64,000 nt of DNA from an uncultured Gemmatimonadota bacterium (GTDB taxonomy: Bacteria; JAAXHH01): assembly GCA_951812955.1 (NCBI GenBank), contig OX638340.1, forward strand, positions 1-64,000, written 5' to 3'. The translations under genes were made by a program, and so were the position numbers. The first letter of the stretch is position 1, and every line of letters starts with the position of its first letter. Positions 57,788-64,000 of this stretch are shown in pieces. The notes beneath the pieces were generated by a model, which was given only the letters and a program-made list of their open reading frames with translations, made no database searches and was not told the origin of the DNA.

Positions 57788-60452
57788 CCTCCGGTTCCTC
57801 CGTCCCCTGTCCAATTCGGCACAGCGACGGCAGCGCGCAGTGCCTGCAGGTCTGAGCCGGGTCTTTGGGATCCACATGGGCCCGGCCCTCCCGGAAGTCG
57901 CGGCCGAGGCGGTCCAGCACCGTCCTCCAGTCGCCTATGGTCTGTTCCATCGGCGGCTGCTCCTCGGGTACCCGGACCCCCGGCACGATGCCCGGGGACT
58001 CGGCCAACCCCCTGAATCCGGCTTCTCCCGTCCTCAGCCTGGCGAACACGACACCCGCTACCGGCGCATCCGCGCAAACGGCGTATATGGGCAGCTGGGG
58101 ATCATCCGGTCTCGCGCCTTTCCAGTCTGATGGCCCGCATTCGCCGGTCTTGTAATCGAGGATGACCAGTTTCCCGTCCTCCAGGCGATCCACCCGGTCC
58201 GCCCGTATATTCACCTCGATGCCGCCGACTTCAACCGTCCGTCTTTCCTCCTGGTCGACGACCGTGAAGGGCTGCCGAAGGCGTTCCAGGCGCAGCCAGT
58301 CTCCGATGACGGAAATCAACCTGGCCTGCTCGATTTCCGCGAACCGGGGATTTCGCAGGATCCGGCCGCCCAGCATGCCCCGGACTTCGGGTTCGACGTG
58401 CGAACGCACGATTTCCGTCAGCTCCTCTTCAGTCACTTCGAGCAGCCCCCCGTGAGACTTGAGCCGTCCCCACACCCGTTCGAGAACGCGATGGACGAGC
58501 AGTCCCCGCTCGAGTGCGTTCAGTCCGGATTCAGGTTCCTCCAGCGCCCTGGCGCCAAGGCGCATTTCTGCAAATGCCTTGAATGGACAGGCCGCCTGGA
58601 GCTTGAACAGGAAGGTCCCGCCCCCGAGCGCCATATCGTCGCACGGCGGTCCGTAGTGGTCGTCCACCATCTCCAGCACGGAAGCGCTTCGGAGTCGTTC
58701 CCCGTCACCGGGCGACAGCTGGATCCCCAGTTCAGCAGCCGAGGTTTCGGGCAACATGCTTACGAGCGGGCTGACGCGCAGGTCCGTGTCCTCTTCCCGC
58801 TCCGGATAGCTGACGACGACGGAACGCGCGGCCGAAAGAAGGCGTCCTGTGAGCGTCCGGGTGAGTTCGAGTTCCCGTTCAGGCGACGATCCGGGGAGGT
58901 CGTAACGGCGTTGAAGACGAAGTGGAATGAACGGATCCGGTGCGGGATCGGCCGGCCACGCGCCGTCATGCATGCCCATCATCCAGAGCCGGTCGAAACG
59001 CAGGCCCGAGCTTTCTAAAACACCCAGAATCTGCACGGGGGCCGGCGTGGATTCCGGTTGAAACAACCTGGCCGAAGCGAGATTTCTCAGCATGGACACC
59101 GCCGCGTGGCGTGTTACGCGGCCGGACACGGCGTCCAGACCGGCCAGCTCGGAGAGCAACTCGTGCCAGACTTCCAGGGTCTGGTATTCGATACTGTCGA
59201 GCGTGCGGTCACCGGGCCATCCAATGTCGCGTAGGAACCCCGACAGGACCGGAGCCCAGTCGCTTGGCAGCCGCGGGGCCTGAATCGCCTTGTACTTCTC
59301 TGCCCATGTCCCACACAGGGACGTGAATACGGGACACCCGTCGGCGTCCCCTCGTCTGCCGGCCAACCCGATCAACTCCGATATGGAGACATCCGGTGCT
59401 CCTCGGGCGCGCAGAGCGGCGTCCAGCATGGCCCGGCGGGTCATTTCCTCCGCGGCCCCGGGTAGAAACGGAGACCGGAGTACACGGCCCGCAAGCTCGA
59501 CGGCGATATCCCCGGGGTCGATACCGAGGAACAGCAACGCCGTCTCGATTACGGGGTATTCATCGAGAGGCAGCCCCAGGGAGATGTTGAAGCATCGCGC
59601 CGGGTCGAGGTCAGGCCGGAGCCGGTCGCGGGGATGAAACACCTCGCCGAATACGCGCTCGATCTCACTTCTACGCCGTTCCAGTCCGGGCACGATGATG
59701 CCGATTCGGTACGCCGGGTCATGGGCGTCCGGATCGATTTCCACACACCCGCGGGCCCATTCTGCGGCGGCACGGAGCTCGCGGCCGGCGTCGGCAAGGC
59801 CCAGGCGCGCGGCGTCGCCGGCTTCATCAGGGCGCGCGCTTTCCCGGATCTCCACGCCGCGCCTTGCGAGGGCGTCGATCAGGCTCTGTTGGACAGGCGA
59901 GAGTTCCAGGAATCCCGCGAATTCGACTTCTTCGGGAACGGGAAACGCTTCCTGGTCGATGAGGTCACCCACAGCCGCGGTCAGTTCGGCGTTCGAAATC
60001 CAGTCGTTGCGGCGGCAACGATCGCGAAACGCTTCGGCCCAAGACAGAAAGGTCCGGGCGTCCGCGGATTCATTCCACGCCTCGTCGTCGACCGGCAGCG
60101 CCCAGCCGCACAGATGGTCCCAGGACCTGGTGGCGGCCTCAACGGTCGAAGGGACGTCCAGCAGGCTTTCAGATTCTACAGGCCCATCAGGCCCGGATCG
60201 AATGATGTTTTCCCAAATCAACCGTTCTTCAGCCGGCCGGAGCAGGCGTGCCAGCGTGGCCGGGTGATCGTAGAACAGCCCGTTCTGCCAGGTCTCCGAA
60301 AGCCATGCGGAGAGCGGCAGGATCTGTGCGGTTGGCCACGTGGTTTGCCCCGCCGTCTCCTGGTCCCGGTCATGGCTCAGGCGGAGATCGCGTGCGAGGC
60401 GCGTGGTCGCAGTGATAACGGTCATGGAGGCAATATCCGGATTACACGGCAA
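57774..60452 (-). CDS. addB: AddB-type PD-(D/E)xK nuclease subunit (alphaproteobacterial-style AddB, no active helicase) with C-terminal Cys cluster
   Basis: About 890 aa upstream of addA on the same strand, with a 14-nt overlap. 'LVILDYKTG' is the nuclease motif. 'CRHCALPSLC' near the C-terminus is consistent with the AddB Fe-S staple. An alternative start lies at 'MTVITAT' (60425). Confidence 0.7.
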   Translation of the reverse strand: MPCNPDIASMTVITATTRLARDLRLSHDRDQETAGQTTWPTAQILPLSAWLSETWQNGLFYDHPATLARLLRPAEERLIWENIIRSGPDGPVESESLLDVPSTVEAATRSWDHLCGWALPVDDEAWNESADARTFLSWAEAFRDRCRRNDWISNAELTAAVGDLIDQEAFPVPEEVEFAGFLELSPVQQSLIDALARRGVEIRESARPDEAGDAARLGLADAGRELRAAAEWARGCVEIDPDAHDPAYRIGIIVPGLERRRSEIERVFGEVFHPRDRLRPDLDPARCFNISLGLPLDEYPVIETALLFLGIDPGDIAVELAGRVLRSPFLPGAAEEMTRRAMLDAALRARGAPDVSISELIGLAGRRGDADGCPVFTSLCGTWAEKYKAIQAPRLPSDWAPVLSGFLRDIGWPGDRTLDSIEYQTLEVWHELLSELAGLDAVSGRVTRHAAVSMLRNLASARLFQPESTPAPVQILGVLESSGLRFDRLWMMGMHDGAWPADPAPDPFIPLRLQRRYDLPGSSPERELELTRTLTGRLLSAARSVVVSYPEREEDTDLRVSPLVSMLPETSAAELGIQLSPGDGERLRSASVLEMVDDHYGPPCDDMALGGGTFLFKLQAACPFKAFAEMRLGARALEEPESGLNALERGLLVHRVLERVWGRLKSHGGLLEVTEEELTEIVRSHVEPEVRGMLGGRILRNPRFAEIEQARLISVIGDWLRLERLRQPFTVVDQEERRTVEVGGIEVNIRADRVDRLEDGKLVILDYKTGECGPSDWKGARPDDPQLPIYAVCADAPVAGVVFARLRTGEAGFRGLAESPGIVPGVRVPEEQPPMEQTIGDWRTVLDRLGRDFREGRAHVDPKDPAQTCRHCALPSLCRIGQGTEEPEDDRG

Positions 60453-60539
60453 GCGGTCTCAGGAATAGATTGGGCGGCGGTGCTGGCAGTCCGCTCGATT
60501 GTGCAGAAAATGCGGGGATAGACGCGCTTGAGGAAAGCA

Positions 60540-60860
60540 GTTTTTGACCTGGCCGGAATTTGGGGTTGTAATCGAAAGCATTCGCAGATCAAGAATCTCA
60601 TTACGGACCATGTTTGAAATAGATGCGTTACGTCGAGTATAACCGTACAGAAGCTATCTTGCGCAAAAAATTAAATAAAATACATCTAAGTTAAAAATAT
60701 TTGTTACGTATTATTCATTTATCGGATATATTGCTTGACATAGCCTAATTGTCACCGGCATAAGTATATATGAAACCCATGCATGTCGTGTTCCGGTCCG
60801 CTCCGCGCTGCGGTACAGACCGGATTTCGGAACTGCAAGAGATCTAATATCCTGTGGTTG
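60540..60860. promoter_or_regulatory. AT-rich (about 35% GC) intergenic island upstream of the MarR gene, with a TTGACA -35-like hexamer at 60735-60740
   Basis: Strong compositional drop. TTGACA is followed about 17-24 nt later by A/T-rich 'cataagtatatat'. The exact -10 is ambiguous. Confidence 0.35.
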
Positions 60861-60895
60861 GCGTGACGGGACATGAGCAGCGCGAGCGAGTCATC

Positions 60896-61369
60896 ATGAA
60901 TAAACATCAGAGAAGGAAGTTAACGGACAGGTTCGTGTTTGCCGTGGAACAGCTGAATCGCCAGATGTCCGGCGGGCATTGGGTAAAACTGCGGACAATG
61001 AACCTGAATGTTCACCAGGTCAACACGCTTCTGGTACTGAACCATTACGGTCCGCTGTGCATGAGCGCGATTGCCGGGCTGTTGGGCAGTACGCAGTCAC
61101 ACACCACGAACGTTGTGCGTAAACTGGTCGGCAAGAAGTACATGAAGCGAAAATCGGACCCGAATGATCGAAGAGTCGTGATCGGTGAAATCACAGACCT
61201 GGGTAAGCAAGCCGCGAATCGGTACCAGGATATCATCAGGCAACGAGCGACCATGGTGTCCGAAAGATGGGACGTGGAGCAATTGGAATCCGTTGTCACC
61301 TCATTGGAGTTACTGGGGCGCGGCGATGGGGAATCACAGTACAAGCCCGATTCCGGCCAATCCGGATGA
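60896..61369 (+). CDS. MarR-family transcriptional regulator
   Basis: 'LNVHQVNTLLVLNHYGPLCMSAIAGLLGSTQSHTTNVVRKLVGKKYMKRKSDPNDRRVVIGEITDLGK' is a winged HTH with the MarR 'DxR' wing. Start at 'MNKHQRR'. Confidence 0.8.
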   Translation: MNKHQRRKLTDRFVFAVEQLNRQMSGGHWVKLRTMNLNVHQVNTLLVLNHYGPLCMSAIAGLLGSTQSHTTNVVRKLVGKKYMKRKSDPNDRRVVIGEITDLGKQAANRYQDIIRQRATMVSERWDVEQLESVVTSLELLGRGDGESQYKPDSGQSG

Positions 61370-61437
61370 GCACGAAGCATGTCGAGGCCGACTGGTCATC
61401 CGGTTAGGTGAACGTGAACATAGCTCCGGGATTACTT

Positions 61438-62574
61438 TCAGGCCGTCTCGCCGGCCAGGGTCGTGATTGCCTCCACCAGCGTATTCAACTCGGAATCACT
61501 GGTGTAGAACGCCACCGAAATCCGTACACCGGTCGGTTTGTTGATGTGGGTAGCCCGCTGGGTGATTTGCCAGCGGTTGCGGAGCGCTTCCGAGACCTCG
61601 TTTCCCTCCATGCCCTCGATTGCGAAAGCGACGATGCCGGACTGGGTTTCGGCGTGGCGTGAGCTGGTGACCCGCACGCCGGGAATGGCGTCGAAGCGCG
61701 AGCGCAGTGATTCCGCCTTTCGTCCCGCCTCCGCGGCGATGGCTTCCGGCCCGCCGATGCCGGTCATGAAGTCAAGGCTGGCGGCAAGACCCTGGTAGAG
61801 CATGCAGGCCGGGGTTCCTGTCTCGTACTGACGGGCCGTGCCATCGGGCTCGTGCGGCCGCCGCAGCGGTTTTAGTACTTGCTGCGCGCCTTTCCGAACA
61901 AATAGAAACCCGGTGCCCATCGGCGAGAGCATCCACTTGTAGCAGTTGGTGGCGTAGAAATCGCAACCCATATCGTGCAGATCCACCGGAAACTGTCCAA
62001 TGGCCTGGCAACCGTCCCAGAGCGTGAGAATGCCGCGTTCTCGAGCCAGTGCGCAGATCTCCCTGGCGGGCAGCCGGGTCCCGGTATCCGTCGTGACGTG
62101 GCTGAAACAGAATAGCCGGGTACGGGGGGTGATGGCCTGTTCCAGCCGATCCAGGATCAGGTCCGTATCCTGGTCGATATCGACCACCTTGATGACCGCC
62201 CCTTCCCGGTCTGCCAGACCCTCGGCGGCCTGCAGGGGGACCGGATGTTCTTCGTTGGTAATAATCACTTCGTCGCCCGGTTGCCAGCGAAGCCCGCCGA
62301 GAACCATGCCGTAACCCTCGCCGGTGCTCATCGACAACGCGATCTCCTCTGTTTCGGCGCCGAAGAAGCCGGCGATCGTGGCCGGCATTTCGGAAGCCGC
62401 CCGCTCCATCTCGGTGTACCAGTCGAACGTGCTCACACTGCCGCTGAGCAACTGCTGATAGCTATCGGCTATCGCTCCGTTCACGCTGACAGGGGGCTGA
62501 CCGAATCCTCCAGTGTTGAAATAAACACCGTGTTGCAGGCCCGGAATCTGATCTCGTATCCGTGCGACATCCAT
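61438..62574 (-). CDS. class-V aminotransferase-fold PLP enzyme (cysteine desulfurase/isopenicillin-N-epimerase-like)
   Basis: 'VYFNTGGFGQPP', 'LFCFSHVTTDTG', 'LWDGCQAIGQFPVDLHDMGCDFYATNCYKWMLSPMGTGFLFV' (the PLP Lys in 'CYKW') are typical. Start at 'MDVARIRD'. Confidence 0.8.
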   Translation of the reverse strand: MDVARIRDQIPGLQHGVYFNTGGFGQPPVSVNGAIADSYQQLLSGSVSTFDWYTEMERAASEMPATIAGFFGAETEEIALSMSTGEGYGMVLGGLRWQPGDEVIITNEEHPVPLQAAEGLADREGAVIKVVDIDQDTDLILDRLEQAITPRTRLFCFSHVTTDTGTRLPAREICALARERGILTLWDGCQAIGQFPVDLHDMGCDFYATNCYKWMLSPMGTGFLFVRKGAQQVLKPLRRPHEPDGTARQYETGTPACMLYQGLAASLDFMTGIGGPEAIAAEAGRKAESLRSRFDAIPGVRVTSSRHAETQSGIVAFAIEGMEGNEVSEALRNRWQITQRATHINKPTGVRISVAFYTSDSELNTLVEAITTLAGETA

Positions 62575-62591
62575 GGGCTTCCCTCTCCTCG

Positions 62592-63479
62592 TTAAATCGC
62601 CAGATGTTTCCTGAAGAATCCGACGGTGCGGTTCCACGCCAGCGCGGCCGCCGTCTCGTTGTACCGGGGTGTCGAGTTGTTGTGGAAACCGTGCAGCGTC
62701 CCCTCGAACATGTGCATTTCGTAGGTCACGCCGTTCGCTTCGAGTGCCGCTTCGTACTCGGGCCACATGGCGTTGATACGCGGATCGGTTCCCGCGTAGA
62801 TGATCATCAAGGCCGCCTCGATCTTCGGCACGTCCTCGCTCGCGGCCGTGGCACCGTAGTACGGCACGCCGGCGTTCAGTTCGCTGCCGAGGGCGACCGC
62901 CAGGCGATTGGTCATCCCCCCTCCCCAGCAGAATCCCGTGGCGCCGAGGCGCCCGTTCGACAGTTCGTGCGCCTTAAGATACCGGGCACTGTTGATCATG
63001 TCCTGATCCAGCTTCGCCGGGTCGAGACTCCGCTGCAAGGTACGGCCATCGTCATCGTTACCGGGGTACCCGCCGACCGGAGCCAGTCCATCCGGTGCCA
63101 GCGCGAGGAATCCGGCCACGGCCGCGCGCCGCGCCACGTCCTCGATGTAGGGATTGAGGCCGCGATTCTCGTGGAAAACCACGACGGATGGAAAGGGCCC
63201 GTCGCCGGTGGGTTGCACGAGGTATCCGCGCATAGTCCCGGACGTGCCTCCGGGAGACGGGTACTCGACGTACCTGCCCTTGATCCGCCGGTCGGTGAAG
63301 GAGATCGTCTGGGCCTCGGCGTAGCGCGGCAGGAGCGATTCGGCCATCCAGAGCGCGGAGGCGCCGCCGATCGTGATCGCCGAGGCGCGCTTGAAAAACG
63401 TGCGCCGGTCGATATGGCCGTGACAATATTCGTCATACAGGACGAAGATGCGCGGGTCGATCTTTTTTTCAGAAGACAT
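62592..63479 (-). CDS. dienelactone hydrolase family protein with twin-arginine signal peptide
   Basis: 'RRTFFKRASAITIGGASALWMAE' is a Tat motif. 'VVVFHENRGLNPYIEDVARRAA', 'GATGFCWGG' (nucleophile Cys in G-x-C-x-G) and 'HGFHN' match the DLH fold. Confidence 0.8.
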   Translation of the reverse strand: MSSEKKIDPRIFVLYDEYCHGHIDRRTFFKRASAITIGGASALWMAESLLPRYAEAQTISFTDRRIKGRYVEYPSPGGTSGTMRGYLVQPTGDGPFPSVVVFHENRGLNPYIEDVARRAAVAGFLALAPDGLAPVGGYPGNDDDGRTLQRSLDPAKLDQDMINSARYLKAHELSNGRLGATGFCWGGGMTNRLAVALGSELNAGVPYYGATAASEDVPKIEAALMIIYAGTDPRINAMWPEYEAALEANGVTYEMHMFEGTLHGFHNNSTPRYNETAAALAWNRTVGFFRKHLAI

Positions 63480-63799
63480 GGGTCTTTGCTCCTTAAGGCT
63501 GGCGATTTGCTCACTTGCTCACTCGTTCGCGCCGCACGGCCGAGATTCGCACCGGATGAGGTTCTGCACCGGGCTAGGTCCTTCCAGGACTATTGCCTAC
63601 TCCAATAGTGACTAACCGGCATTTTAGTGACGAATAACGGCATGCCCAACGGATCACCAGTATAAAATACAATCTGGACCCGCGATTTCAAGGAGGATGC
63701 AGGGGACTTGCCAGAATGGATAGTGCTTGATGTTGGCATTGTCCGCTGTAATTTGCATGACCGTTCACCTGTTATACTAGTGGATACTGGTAGAGGAGT

Positions 63800-64000
63800 A
63801 TTGTGTATGACAAGCACGCTTCCGGATCTCACGGCAAAACTCGTTTCGATTGACTCGACGAACCCCTCGCTGGTCTCGTCCGGAGCGGGCGAAGCGGAAA
63901 TTGCCGCCTTCGTAGCGGACTGGTGCCGGGATCAGGCCCTCGATGTTCGAATCATAGAGGCCGATGGGCGTCCGAACGTGGTTGCTGTCGCGAAGGGTAC
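63800..64000 (+). CDS. 5' end of an M20-family peptidase/deacylase gene (runs off the window)
   Basis: ATG at 63800 is preceded by GGAGTA. 'LVSIDSTNPSLVSSGAGEAEIAAFVADW' resembles ArgE/DapE N-termini. Truncated by the window edge. Confidence 0.45.

Noticed and set aside
1-64000. Mobile elements, tRNA or rRNA genes
   Set aside because: No transposase, integrase or recombinase motifs, no terminal inverted repeats flanking a cargo, and no cloverleaf-like or rRNA-like conserved stretches were seen. The AT-rich islands contain no tRNA-like sequence that I could fold by eye.

Overview
This is a high-GC (about 65-67%) bacterial chromosomal segment, probably from an uncultivated diderm bacterium. 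The diderm call rests on the LptF/LptG permeases and the TPR lipoprotein. Most of the window is densely packed housekeeping and accessory genes: metK, ssb, pyrK-pyrD-pyrF, hemH/hemQ (coproporphyrin-type haem branch), a nicotinamidase-like hydrolase plus nadE, queC, hrpA, lpdA, addA/addB, mltG, ruvX, nupC, a GT2 synthase and a GT-C-like membrane glycosyltransferase, several Fe(II)/2OG oxygenases and M20 peptidases. I saw no rRNA, tRNA, CRISPR array or transposase/integrase. The strongest candidate for an undescribed system is a seven-gene, same-strand, translationally coupled operon at 1423-7974. It encodes a small repeat-containing protein, a 600-aa GlmL/MutL(EutA)-like actin-fold ATPase with no B12 mutase subunits nearby, a 375-aa coupled partner of unknown fold, and four consecutive membrane proteins. 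The operon is bracketed by unusual tandem repeat arrays. Other oddities are listed in the findings: a dispersed 9-bp in-frame tandem repeat (RGGCGGACC) at several loci, including inside the ferrochelatase gene; a 33-bp tandem duplication in nadE; a Gly/Asp repeat insertion in a DUF255-type thioredoxin protein; a 568-aa orphan protein with an internal WCR repeat; an atypical OmpR-type regulator lacking receiver hallmarks; three short AT-rich islands in a GC-rich background; and a ComB-like ORF whose tail runs antisense over a C45-peptidase gene. All family assignments come from reading the translated motifs by eye. No database search was possible.
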